A DNA stretch of 64,000 nt, taken from NCBI RefSeq assembly GCF_004010195.1, contig NC_057750.1:20277964-20341963 (forward strand), read 5' to 3'. Of this stretch, positions 1 to 11,454 are shown piece after piece (the first letter of the stretch is position 1; each line of letters begins with the position of its first letter). A model generated the notes under the pieces. It ran no database searches, was not told where the DNA came from, and saw only the letters and a list, made by a program, of their open reading frames with translations. The stretch is from Chiloscyllium plagiosum (taxonomy: Eukaryota). The translations under genes and the position numbers were made by a program.

Positions 1-128
1 ATTCAAATCATGACCAAGAAGACTCATGAGCTGGGTTGAAAGATGTCTCCAGTCCTGTCCAACTAACACCAGGTTAGAACTTGCAGTTTGGCTACCAGTA
101 AGACAGAACCTGGCCTGTTTATTGAAGA

Positions 129-1223
129 ATGGATCAGAATTTCAACCGTTCTGTGAAATTCCAGCCCGCTTCCTGGCACAACATTTCATTGCTGGCAGAG
201 CAATTCCAGTTCTGCTCGGACTCAGTGAGTAGTACCACCTTTCTCATCGTGGCCTACAGTGCAGTGATGGCAGTGGGCATGATTGGCAACATGTGCCTGG
301 TTCTGGTCATTATGAGGCAGAAGGAAATGCGTAATGTGACCAATATCCTGATCGCCAACCTGTCATGCTCAGATATCCTCATTACCACCCTTTGCCTCCC
401 GGTGACAGTGATTTATACCATGATGGACCGTTGGATCCTTGGTGCTGCACTTTGCAAGTTGACCCCATTTGTTCAGTGCACGTCAGTTACTGTGTCCATC
501 CTCTCCTTGGTCCTGATTGCTTTGGAGAGACATCAGCTGATTATCAACCCAACTGGTTGGAAGCCAGCAGTGGGCCATGCATACTTGGCAGTTGCTCTCA
601 GCTGGCTAGTTGGAAGTTTAATCTCTTTACCTTTTATCTCCTTCAATGTCTTGACCAGTGAGCCCTACTCAAACATTTCCTTTCTCCCAGACTCTTTCAA
701 GGATCATGCAGCTTGTATTGAAAGCTGGCCTTCAGAGCAGCAGAAGCTGGCCTACACCACCTGCCTCTTGGTCTTCCAGTATGGCTTGCCCCTGCTTCTG
801 ATGCTGACCTGTTACTTCCGGATCTTCCTGCGTCTCCGAAGGCGCCGAGAGATGGTGGACCGTGCAAGGGATGGGAATCACCGGGTCAGCCACAGTCGGA
901 AGATCAACATCATGTTGGCATCTATTGTTGTGGCCTTTGGCCTGTGTTGGCTACCACTCACAGTTTTCAACACGGTATTTGATTGGAACCACGAGGCCAT
1001 CTCCATCTGTCACCACAACCTCATCTTTTCGCTTTGTCACCTGACAGCTATGCTGTCCACCTGCGTCAACCCAGTCATCTATGGCTTCCTCAATACTAAC
1101 TTCCAGAAGGAAGTGAAGGCCATGTTGTACCGTTGTCGTTGTGGTGGGACTTCAGACACCTACGAGAGTTTTCCTTTGTCCACAGTCAACACTGAACTGT
1201 CGAAAGCTTCCGTATGCCATTAA
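129..1223 (+). CDS. npy8r: Neuropeptide Y receptor, Y1 subfamily, most similar to Y8; intronless 364-aa class A GPCR
   Basis: Seven hydrophobic segments with GN (TM1), [16 protein letters not shown] (TM2), [16 protein letters not shown] (ERH, typical of the Y1/Y4/Y6/Y8 group), CWLP (TM6), [15 protein letters not shown] (TM7) and a C-terminal ESFPLSTV. N-glycosylation sequons NRS and NIS lie in the N-terminus. An in-frame TGA at 123-125 fixes ATG129 as the start. TTFLIVAYS and [17 protein letters not shown] resemble teleost Y8 as I recall it. Y8 versus Y4 needs a phylogeny. Confidence 0.85.
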   Translation: MDQNFNRSVKFQPASWHNISLLAEQFQFCSDSVSSTTFLIVAYSAVMAVGMIGNMCLVLVIMRQKEMRNVTNILIANLSCSDILITTLCLPVTVIYTMMDRWILGAALCKLTPFVQCTSVTVSILSLVLIALERHQLIINPTGWKPAVGHAYLAVALSWLVGSLISLPFISFNVLTSEPYSNISFLPDSFKDHAACIESWPSEQQKLAYTTCLLVFQYGLPLLLMLTCYFRIFLRLRRRREMVDRARDGNHRVSHSRKINIMLASIVVAFGLCWLPLTVFNTVFDWNHEAISICHHNLIFSLCHLTAMLSTCVNPVIYGFLNTNFQKEVKAMLYRCRCGGTSDTYESFPLSTVNTELSKASVCH

Positions 1224-2505
1224 TTGTGTCTAACTTCAGCTGCATTGTGCCTTTTGTGGATCATTTGACACTCGTTCTTGCTGTTTATGTCTGCAGCAAT
1301 TACATCATTCCCCTCATGCCAAGTCTCACTGCTGAGAGTTGTTGGTCTGCGCCGAGATGGTCTGGCTCCAGCAGTCGTGGATGACTTGTCAATGCTCTGT
1401 TGTCAATGCTTTGAAAATCTGGACCCCTGAAATGCACCATCACGGGGAGGCTGTAAGTTACTTGCCTTAAAGTGACCTGCCTTCAAGTAACATTGACACT
1501 GAATTTGTGAGACAATGGTTCCAAAATGTACCTGGCATGGGTGAGGTGACAATATGCAGTGGATTGTTTGTGTAACTTATTGGGCCTCTGGCTGACCAAT
1601 CTGCTGGTTCCTCCTAATCTCACATGGTCCTTTACTAGCTCCACACAACTGAGTGGGGGGGCACAGCCTGGGTACCCATGGAAGGTGGGGATAAGGGAAA
1701 TATTACAGATGAGGCTGCATGCATTTCCCATCAACCCCAAAGTGATACTGAAAGCATCATTACCGGCAGGTAGATGTTCAGGTCAAGAAGTGCTCAGTGG
1801 CAAGGCATCAGTGCAGGATTTGTACAGCTATCGTGTTGCCTGAATGGAACCACGCCAGGGGAGCCTCATGTGATGCAGCGCTCAGTGTCATGGCAAATCT
1901 GGAGGGCCTGGTAGCAAGACTCCTTTACCTTCTGCCTTTAGAACTGAGCCGCAAGGAGGACCCTGAAAATGAGGGACAAGAAAAGGATGTCATTTTTTCC
2001 TTTTCAAGTTATTCAAGCGGTTTTGTAGTCGTTTGTGGATGAGACAATGGTGCTGGAGGTGGGGAGGAAAGGAAATGAAGTGCTGGGAAATTGTCAGTCT
2101 GAGTTCAGCCTTTTCAGTATGTGTTAACAGAAAAATGCATGAGCTTGTTTAAACTGTGTATCAATGTTATATTTGTATGTCATTTTGCCACATTTACAGG
2201 GGCCAAACTACTTCAGTCGAGAATCTTCAACAGACAGAAGGGGGTTTAACGGAAAAGGGACAGGTCTGATGAACTGGATCTGGAATGTTTGATTCAACAG
2301 ATTGGTGAATAAGGCATATGGAGCAATGTTCTGTGGATATTCTTTCCTTTTTTTAAGAGTACCTAATATGCAAACTGCCCTGATTGAGTTTCTGCAAAAT
2401 GCAAAATCAAAGATAATGGACTATGGGTGTGGTGGTTATCAGTTTGTAAAGGCAGTTTTATGTCTGGGGGCAAATCTCACCGAAGTTCCAGATTAGTGTT
2501 CTGTA

Positions 2506-2605
2506 AATAAAACACATTTCTTTCTCTTCTAACTTCAGACGAATGATCTTTTGATCAGTTGAAGTATTGCTGGAATGAGATACTGCTTTTGAATGCTCCA
2601 ATAAA
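2506..2605 (+). promoter_or_regulatory. Candidate polyadenylation signals of the NPY receptor mRNA
   Basis: AATAAA at 2506-2511 and 2600-2605. The second is followed by a GT-rich tract (tattgtttgttattcactgttt, about 2626-2648). Both lie at the end of about 1.3 kb of repeat-free sequence after the stop codon. Confidence 0.45.
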
Positions 2606-4128
2606 ATCGATAAGGCTGAGTTTCATATTGTTTGTTATTCACTGTTTCAAGATTTGTCTCAATCATTGAAGGACTGTCCCATTTCATTAGCGCACCAGAG
2701 GATCTCACGACAAGTAAATAAACCTGACCTTCTACTGTTCTCTGACATTATCAGAAGCTCTGAGGAAACCAGGAGCAGCACGAGTGATTTAGAAGTAAAG
2801 CTGCCTTTGTCATCAGGGCCATCCTTCGTTTCAAAGACATTACATGTTTTGGGTGCAAATTTCTAACAGGGCTCTCCACATCACCGTGCAGGCTGATTCT
2901 TGAACAGCAGACCTTCAGGTCTCCTCCTAGAGTGGAGGATATGTTTCCTATTCTTTATTTGTTGACACTGTCCCATTGCAAAGAGGAGAAGAGCAGATGG
3001 AGGTCACAGTGCGTAGAAGATGAGAGCTGAGGTGCTGCAATGAATAAAATTAATAGGAGCTAGTTGCCTCTGATTAGCTGGAGTGAAGGGAAATGAACAC
3101 CTTGCCAACAACACTGTGCAGCACAGAGAACCCCCAGATTCCTGGGGTGTTGGGGACAGATCTGAGAGTGTTTGCATTCTTGTTCTAGATTTGGGTACTG
3201 GAGAGCAGGAACAAAGTACAGAAGGCGCTGGTTTGAGAGTAGATGATGATTTAGAAACAATTCTGATGTCCTATTTTCCAACCTCCTTTTGTTTTGTTTT
3301 GTCCAGTTCAGGGTGGGATGAGGGATACATTATTATAGATCTGGACTTTATGGAACGAGGTTTGTAGGCTTGGCGTGTGTGAGGAGGTTTACTTGTAATA
3401 TCAGTGATTGATCCAGGGATGGCAGACTAGGGTTGGCGTTTGTAGAATAGATTTCAGATTTCATGAAATTGAATGTGATTACCACGAAGGATGCCATTAA
3501 AGTGGAGTGAGGTTTGGAGGTATAGACGGAAATCTGCAGTTATTTGGATTTAGATGATACGTAGATCTGTAATTGTCACAGTCTGGCCCAGAGAAACCTC
3601 CGATCTATGAATGAGGTTTGGAGTCAGGGTCATGGTTTGATTGAGGTTGGGAGTCAGCACTGAAGTACTCACAGGAGGATTAAGGATTGGGTCAGTTAGC
3701 CTTATTTTGTTGTGGAGACTCTTGCAGTTTCAAGGCAAGGTTGGGTTAGTATGTTTGATGCAGGCCATTTGGTGGGTGAATTTCTAATGATTGAATTCAG
3801 CTTGGCTTTTGCTTCCCTCACCTGTGTACCAGATGTACTGCTCGCATCTATTTCAAATGTTGTAACTTCCAGGACTGTCCCTGGGGGTGGTTTGCTTACA
3901 AATTTGTGACCTTGATGGCAATGAAATGTGAAGTCATGCTTGTTATTAGAGTTTCCAGTCTTCGTAATCCAGAAGATATGGCATTACGTCTATCTGATCG
4001 TGTATATTGTACCGTCAGTCACAATCTCCTGCTTTTCAGTGGTTCCTTTGTATCATCTTGCTGCCTTTTTGTTGGTTATATATTTGCCAAATGACATACG
4101 GTTCTCACCATCATTGCAGGTTGCACAT

Positions 4129-5209
4129 TAGAACATAGAACATAGAACATAGAAGAATACAGCGCAGTACAGGCCCTTTGGCCCTCGATGTTGCGCCGAT
4201 CCAAGCCCACCTAACCTATACTAACCCACTATCCTCCATATACCTATCCAATGCCCGCTTAAATGCCCATAAAGAGGGAGAGTCCACCACTGCTACTGGC
4301 AGGGCATTCCATGAACTTACGACTCGCTGAGTGAAGAACCTACCCCTAACTTCAGTCCTATATCTAACCCCCCTTAATTTAAAGCTATGCCCCCTCGTAA
4401 TAGCTGACTCCATACATGGAAAAAGGTTCTCATGGTCAACCCTATCTAAACCCCTAATCATCAAGTCACCCCTAAACCTTCTTTTCTCCAATGAAAACAA
4501 CCCCAAGTGCCTCAGCCTTTCCTCATACGAACTTCCTACCATACCAGGCAACATCCTGGTAAACCTCCTCTGAACCCGTTCCAGTGCCTCCACATCCTTC
4601 CTAAAGTATGGCGACCAAAACTGCACACAATACTCCAGATGCGACCGCACCAGAGTCTTATACAACTGCTGAAAATGTGTTGCTGGAAAAGCGCAGCAGG
4701 TCAGGCAGCATTCAGGGAATAGAAGAATCGACGTTTCGGGCACAAGCCCTTCTTCAGGAATTCTTATACAACTGCAACATGATCTCAGGACTCCGGAACT
4801 CAATTCCACTAAACTTTGCCATCAACTACTACCCTCTGTCTTCTTCCATCCAGCCAATTCCTAATCCAAACCTCCAACTCATCCTCAATGCCATATCTCC
4901 GTATTTTCTGCAGTAGCCTACCATGGGGAGCCTTATCAAACGCCTTACTAAAATCCATATATACCACATCTACCGCTTTCCCCTCATCAACCTCCTTCGT
5001 CACCTTTTCAAAGAATTCAATAAGGTTTGTGAGGCACGACCTGCCCTTCACAAAACCATGCTGACTATCCTTGATCACATTATTCCTATCCAGATGTGCA
5101 TAAATCCTATCCCTTACAATTCTCTCTAAGACTTTGCCCACAACAGAAGTGAGACTCACTGGCCTATAGTTACTAGGGTTATCCCTACTCCCCTTTTTGA
5201 ACAAGGGGA
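4129..5209 (-). mobile_element. CR1 LINE 3' fragment (young subfamily) with an internal deletion near 4809 and a (TTCTATG)n tail
   Basis: RT motifs NYRPVSLTSVVGK, QHGFVKGRSCLTNL, YMDFSKAFDK and HLEYCVQFWSP. (TAGAACA)n at 4129-4152 is the reverse-complemented tail. Confidence 0.9.
4670..4761 (-). mobile_element. Short Penelope-like terminal insertion (family A) with a hammerhead ribozyme core, nested in CR1
   Basis: Perfect 14-bp TSD tcttatacaactgc (4656-4669 and 4762-4775). Minus strand reads CTGAAGA-A-GGGC-TTGT-GCCC-GAAAC-GTC. Confidence 0.75.
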
Positions 5210-5232
5210 GCTGTTGACAATGTTTTTTTTGA

Positions 5233-5362
5233 GGAGAAAGTGAGGACTGCAGATGCTGGAGATCAGAGCTTAAAAATGTGTTGCTGAAGAAGGGCTTATG
5301 CCTGAAACGTCGATTCTCCTTCTCCTTTGATGCTGCCTGACCTGCTGCGCTTTTCCAGCAAC
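5233..5362 (+). mobile_element. Short Penelope-like terminal insertion (family A), split and inverted, with a hammerhead core at 5284-5311
   Basis: Perfect 16-bp TSD acaatgttttttttga (5217-5232 and 5363-5378). The 3' part of the unit is inverted in front of CTGAAGAAGGGCTTATGCCTGAAACGTC. Confidence 0.75.
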
Positions 5363-6109
5363 ACAATGTTTTTTTTGAACTTGTTTGAAAGTTGATGCTA
5401 CTTGTAAAACAGAATATTCACATTCTCTGTGAACTTTTGAAAACTGTTGCTCATATCTTTTTTTAAACTTTATTCAGTCTGTCATAATCAGTGGGAAAAT
5501 TACAGTTGCTACGTAAAGATGACTCCATATGTTTGAGAAATACTTTGATGTTTGTTGACGTTCACTCATTTCTTTATTGGACATTTCTAAGTTTTGCACA
5601 CACATTCAAAGTAATCATGTTTTCATTTTGATATTAAAAGCCTGTAAGTTGATTTGAAGGCGGTTTCTGTCTGAGGGCTGTTCTGAAGAACGCACACCAT
5701 AAACTATGGTTTTCCTGTGCTTGTTCAAATACTGGTTTTTAAAGGATTTTGATGCCTTCCTTGTGTGTTCATGCTTCCTGTTTAATGGACAGGCAATGAT
5801 AATTGTCAGTACAAATTGGTTGGGGGGAGGGGGGGGGTTGGTGGTGAGGGGCACAGTTAGGATTGAAGTGACTGAGGCCCAGTGGTTAGGGTACAGGTTA
5901 GAAGACGTGAACCGGGCAGAGACTGAGGGTGTGACAGGCAGAGATGCAGTATTGGAAAGAGAGACTGAGGAACAGATAATGAGAGTCAGGGGGCGAGACA
6001 CAGAGGTTGAGAGAAATAGAGACTGCGAGAAGTAGAATGCGAGAAACTAAAAGGACAACCAGAGGGGGAGAACCTGATGGTGACAGAACCAGAGACCAAG
6101 AACCAGAGG

Positions 6110-6690
6110 GGCAGAAACAGATGGTCTGATCCGTCTATGCTAACCAGGATCCTTAATTGAACTTGTCCTATTTGCATGTGTCTTGCTCACATCCCTCTCA
6201 ACCTTTACTATTCATATACCTGTTTAAATGTCTTTTCAATGTTGTAATTGTACCCAGCTCTACCACTTCCTCTGCCAGCTTGTTCCATGTACACACCACC
6301 TTCTGTGTGAAAAACTTGCCCTTCAGGTCCCGTTTAAAACTTTCTCCTCTCACCTTAAACATATGCCAACTAGTTTTGAACTCCCCTACCTTGTGGAAAA
6401 GACCTTGGCTATTCACCTATTCACCCCTTATGATTTTCTAATCCTCTGTAATGATCATGATCCCGTTGTACTCTCAGACTGACAACAAGTTTGGTGTCAT
6501 CTGCAAACTCATTAACCATGCTCCCTACATTCTCATTCATAATTGTTGATATAAATGACGGACCACAGTGGACCAAGCACCGAGCCTTGTGGCATACATC
6601 TGGTTACAGGCCTCCAGTCTGAACAATGATCCTCCACCACCACCCTCTGTCTTCGACCCTCAAGCCAATTTTGTATCCAGTTGGCTAGCT
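6110..6690 (-). mobile_element. CR1 LINE fragments
   Basis: FKVRGESFKRDLKGKFFTQKVV and WIQNWLEGRRQRVVV...PQGSVLGP. Confidence 0.8.
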
Positions 6691-7379
6691 TTCTGTTGCG
6701 AAGTTGGGTAGGGAACTTCTGGATTGGAAAGCAGCAAGTTAAAATTTGGGGTTTGCAAAGAGCTGGTGGGAAAGTATTGTGTGGTCCCTTTAAGAGATCA
6801 TGTCCTTTATCTATGCTTGGAGCAGCAGCTTGAAACTTTGCAAGTACACAGAAAGCACCCGAATGAAGCATTTGTATTGAACAGTCGTACAGTTAGCAGG
6901 CCATGCAGCAGTTTTTACAAGGAAAGCAGGCTTTTGTATTCAGCTAATTAATTTTAACCAGGTACTTAGACACTTCAAACCTATTAAATCTGATTCTGAT
7001 GGTTTTGACAAGATAGGACCACTCCTGTTGTAAGAAATATTGATACGTTGTTAAGGGTATAAAAGAAGGGGGCAGTTGGACAAAGACCCCAGAGCAAACA
7101 AGCTGCCGTCCACCAGAGCTAACGGCCCTCAGCTCTCCAGAGAGAATTTCTGGCTCTTACAGCTTCCTCTGGCTTTGAGAAAGCACCATCTAAGTAACAT
7201 TACCAACAACACAACTAGTGAATATTCCTGACAGAAGAATTAATGGAGAAGGCACAGAACATTCTGGAAGGCAAGTAACCTGGCTGTAATTTCAAGAGAC
7301 TAAATTCTTTTTTTAATATGAGTGTGAGTTATATTTACTGGAACAGCATACCTTTAGAATCTTGCTTTATTCGGGAATA

Positions 7380-8062
7380 CAGGTCGGTCTACTGTAATGT
7401 TGTAATTGCATTCCAGCAAAACCTCGCTTTATAGAAAATCGCTTAATATAAGTAATGGGGCTGATAGGAAAAGTGGAGTTGGGGCAGACCAGTAAGAAAG
7501 ATCAGTCCGGATCGCTCAAAAATCACCCAAAAGTCTAACTCAAAGTATAGCAGAGCCTGAATGAAGGTATAAATCATATTTATCAATGTATCAAAAGTAA
7601 ATTTAACACATTACATTTTAACAAAATATTGTTATTGCAGGGACAGAGGGTCATCATGGTGCTGAAGGTAGATTCCCTCATTCCTGTTAGGCGAGAATGA
7701 TCACATATTCTCTCATGCTCAAAACGCCTTGTAGCTTCTCTTCCAGTGTTATAGTCTTTCTTTTGTGTTCATCATCTGCAGTTTTATCACCAGGACGCTT
7801 CTCACTAATATTCTTGTCACTATGGCCCTGCACTTTTTCAAAATAAAAGGGATCATTTAGGAGCAGTGTACTCCCCATAGAAAGCCGCTCTGTTGACAGC
7901 TGACAGTGGGGCATGCACAGAACAGTGTGTGCAAGACATCACTGCTGGAATTGCGTTATTGCCAGCAGAGGTAAGCAATCTTGCAATGCGTGTTCCTTCG
8001 ATCCTCAGTGATGTCATAAACAAATCCCATTCCTGGAACGCACTTTATCTGAGAACTACTTG
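7380..8062 (-). mobile_element. Tigger/pogo-like DNA transposon remnant (internally deleted)
   Basis: The minus-strand peptide KRPGDKTADDEHKRKTITLEEKL resembles the CENP-B/Tigger N-terminal HTH start. Left end TA-CAGGTC, with degenerate inverted termini. Confidence 0.55.
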
Positions 8063-8176
8063 ATGTTGGTAGTTAGAAGAGATTTATTCGGTTTGTCAGT
8101 AGTTTAGTTAACTGGTTTACTCTTCAGGTTAGATAAATAAATACTTACTTGTGGATTTTAAAGTGAGTGTTGGGTG

Positions 8177-8330
8177 AGTTTTGAGAAGATTTGGAGCTCA
8201 GGTTGAGGTTCTGGGTGTAGGTTTGTTTGCTGAGCTGGAAGGTTCATTTTCAGACATTTTTCACCATACCAAGTAACATCTTACAGTGAGGCCTCGGACG
8301 AAGTAGTCCTCATGTTTCCAGCTTTCTATT
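8177..8330 (-). mobile_element. Penelope-like 3' terminus (related to family B), degenerate
   Basis: gagaagatttggagctcaggttgaggttctgggtgtaggtttgtttgctgagctg is shared with 12952-13000 and 14118-14165. The hammerhead region is decayed. Confidence 0.6.
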
Positions 8331-8500
8331 TACAGGGAAATCTCGATTATCCGAAAGTGATGGGCGGGCACAATTTCATTCAGATAATCGATTATTAGGT
8401 TAATCGACTAAAAGCCTTTCCTCTGGGGCTCAGAGTTTTTAAAGTCAGCTTCGTGTTCAGGAGACTCTAGAAGCACACAGTGTGTGAGGTTCCGCCTTCA
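8331..8500. mobile_element. Tigger-like MITE end, truncated by the gap
   Basis: TA-CAGGGAAATCTCGATTATCCGAA start with internal GATAATCGA inverted motifs. Confidence 0.45.
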
Positions 8501-9000
8501 NNNNNNNNNNNNNNNNNNNNNNNNNNNNNNNNNNNNNNNNNNNNNNNNNNNNNNNNNNNNNNNNNNNNNNNNNNNNNNNNNNNNNNNNNNNNNNNNNNNN
8601 NNNNNNNNNNNNNNNNNNNNNNNNNNNNNNNNNNNNNNNNNNNNNNNNNNNNNNNNNNNNNNNNNNNNNNNNNNNNNNNNNNNNNNNNNNNNNNNNNNNN
8701 NNNNNNNNNNNNNNNNNNNNNNNNNNNNNNNNNNNNNNNNNNNNNNNNNNNNNNNNNNNNNNNNNNNNNNNNNNNNNNNNNNNNNNNNNNNNNNNNNNNN
8801 NNNNNNNNNNNNNNNNNNNNNNNNNNNNNNNNNNNNNNNNNNNNNNNNNNNNNNNNNNNNNNNNNNNNNNNNNNNNNNNNNNNNNNNNNNNNNNNNNNNN
8901 NNNNNNNNNNNNNNNNNNNNNNNNNNNNNNNNNNNNNNNNNNNNNNNNNNNNNNNNNNNNNNNNNNNNNNNNNNNNNNNNNNNNNNNNNNNNNNNNNNNN
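8501..9000. other. Assembly gap (500 N)
   Basis: Run of n from 8501 to 9000. Confidence 1.
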
Positions 9001-9189
9001 TACAGGTGGAGGTAGCCACGATCGGGCCAGCTGTAGTCAAGGAAGAGGCCCCCGACAACTTCAGAGGGCAGGCTTCGGCTGGACTTACAATAGACTTGGT
9101 GAGGGCAGACATCTTGGCATCAGACATCACATAAAGAGTTTTTGTTGGACTCGTAGTCACTGGAAAAGAATGAGAGGGATTAACAAACT
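9001..9189 (-). CDS. KANSL3: Candidate extra KANSL3 exon running into the assembly gap (EFVNPSHSFPVTTSPTK...GPIVATSTC)
   Basis: Acceptor tccagtcag in phase 1, matching the 10095 donor. Open for 63 codons up to the N-gap and S/T/P-rich. The polypyrimidine tract is weak. Confidence 0.45.
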
Positions 9190-9237
9190 CTGACTGGACT
9201 AACACATGGTAATGACTCAGCCCCAGGCCATGAAATC

Positions 9238-9389
9238 TCAGAAGTCACAACACCAGGTTTAAATCGAAATATTTATTTGAAATCACAAGCTTTCAGAACA
9301 CCTCTCCTTGAGGAGGAGCAGTGGTTTGAAAGCTTGTGATTTCTAATAAACCCGTTGGTCTTTAATGTGGTGTTGCAGGGCTTCTGACA
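9238..9389. mobile_element. Palindromic Penelope-like terminus (family C) with a degenerate hammerhead core
   Basis: Inverted arms tcagaagtc...caccagg...tttatttgaaatcacaagctttc and gaaagcttgtgatttctaataaa...tggtg...gcttctga. Central tTGAGGA-GGAGC...-GAAAGCTT. Confidence 0.5.
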
Positions 9390-10094
9390 TCTTACAGCGG
9401 TACCTTATATCATGAAGACTCAGTCAAGTATATCATAGTATCTTGGTGTGCGTACCAGCTCATCTTCAGAAAATGAGGCATTCAGTGTAATTCAAAGGCA
9501 AAATTATTGATACTCAAAACAGTGTCTGTGCACACTGTCTCCTGACCATCCACAGCAAGAGCTGTGCATCTTTCTTCACTCCCTCCCCAATCATGTTTCC
9601 CTTTCACCTCCACCAAGCCTATTTTTCCTTTAATAGCAGTTGGGATACAGTGCACTTCTACAAACTTTCACCATCAGCCAAATCTTTCTCCAAATTGTAC
9701 ACTGTGCCGTTCCAGGACCTTGCTCTCTATCACAGCAGTAGTGAATGGGACAATAAAGTTTTTGATGATGATCTGATAAAGCGGTTTAGTTCTTGTGGAA
9801 AAGGGACCAACTACATAGATGCCTTGAAAAGGTTGAAGCAATGAGCACTTAGAAACTCATGATTTATCATCCAAAAAGAGGTTGCTTCCCCACAGGAGGT
9901 ACTGTCTCCATCAAACACCACAACAGCATTTCTGCAGTGCATCCTCACTATTTATCAAGGATTAGACACCATTTTATGAACAGCACTGGTGACATGGAAA
10001 CAATTTATCATCTTGACAGTTAATATTGAACAAAAATTCCAAACCACAATCTCAGCTCAAAGCCAGTATCGACCTGCCCTGGATCTGGCCTCAC

Positions 10095-10248
10095 CTATAA
10101 CTGCAGCTGAAGACTGGGACTCTGAAATCTTCTCCACTGAAGCTAATTCAACAGGGGAATGACCTTTGCTGACATCTCCCGATGCACTGGTCTGTTTGAT
10201 TGTGCTTGTGCCTTGGGAACTCGGGACCGATAACAGAGAGTCACAGCA
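10095..10248 (-). CDS. KANSL3: Candidate extra KANSL3 exon, 154 nt (CCDSLLSVPSSQGTSTIKQ...SQSSAAVI)
   Basis: Strong acceptor ccttgccttttttctctctgcag and donor ATAG|gtgagg. Open in phase 0, matching the 11455 donor. S/T-rich like the upstream exons. I recognise no human homology. Confidence 0.6.
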
Positions 10249-11454
10249 CTGCAGAGAGAAAAAGGCAAGGTCAAAGGCAATGTGACCACAGTTTTATGGG
10301 AATATAGGTCAGATGTGGAAAACTACCTCAAAGTAACAGCTGTTTTAACTTGCAAAACAGGAAATACCACCTCATCTGGCAATCCCAAATCAAGGTGGAC
10401 TCAAATCAAAGAAAAACATTGCAGCTCCATCACTTGGTTTACTCTGTATCTCATCCATGCTGTATCAGTGCAGGGCAATTGTGAAGCAAAGTAACCTCTC
10501 TTTCCATCAAATGTTCCCAGGGCAGACAAAGCATGGACTTGATTCAGAGGTCTCAAGTTTCCCTAAGTTCGATGCAAAGTCTTCATCTTGCGCAGGTGGA
10601 AGTGTTTCAGTTCTTCCCCTCATGTCTATTTCAGAAGGAGACAGGCCATTTAGCCCATCTACCAGGTTCCATCATTGTGTCTGATCATGGTGCATTGTAC
10701 ATCAGCACCACTTCTAACTGATTTCAGTCCACCACAGATATCCAGACCTGACACGAACGATCATTCTCAATTTGAAATATTTTAAATGCTTTATTGGGAA
10801 AGGGAAGGCCTGCACTTCACTATTTTTGTGGAGAAGAGCTTGTTTTCAAATAAACTTTGCAAATTCTGGATCACCAGGAACAGAGGAAAGAATTTCTTTT
10901 AACCTACGTTATCAATTCTTTTAGTCATGTGAAATACCCCAAAATATATCAATGAGTCTTCTGAACAGAAATGAAACCAAGCCTTGTTCAGGTAAAATTT
11001 GATCTTAAACAACTGGAGCTATGACATTGAAACTGTGCTGTGCTCGCTTGTCTTGTCAACTTGTCTTCCCTGAGGACTGGTGCCCAGAACTAAAGGCTGT
11101 ACTTTTGACGAGGTCTAACCAGAGTTCTGTACAGTTGTAACATAACTTTCACCTTTACATCCTCCTGCTCCCTTCTGATGAAGGCAAACATTGTACCAGC
11201 TTTTTAAATTGCTTTCTGATCCTTGCTACATGTGTTTAGGAAATTGTCCCACACCTAATCAACTCAAGTACAGGTTCTGTTGTAAACATTTCTTCTTTGA
11301 TTTATGGTGACAGTGCTATATCCAGTCTCTACCTCATTTTAGGAGTAAAGATTTCTCACTCCCACTTTGTTCTTTAAACCAGATTGCTATTTTATTTTTA
11401 AAAACCTGACATTTCCTGCAGTCTTTGGAAAAGATGAGACGCCAGGATAGTCAC

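Noticed and set aside
2750..2927. Possible terminal KANSL3 exon on the minus strand (ctctag|gaggagacc...)
   Set aside because: No homology, a mediocre acceptor, and the gap prevents phase linkage to upstream exons.
3060..4125. Several 60-95 aa ORFs downstream of the receptor
   Set aside because: No domain signal. The composition suggests a very old antisense LINE remnant that I cannot classify.
4216..5366. 197-aa and 185-aa minus-strand ORFs
   Set aside because: They are chimeras of CR1 RT remnants and non-coding Penelope-like termini, not host genes.
8480..9205. Long ORFs 8480-9193, 8484-9134 and 8498-9205
   Set aside because: Their length comes from the 500-N gap. Only the minus-strand part 9001-9189 is kept, as a candidate exon.
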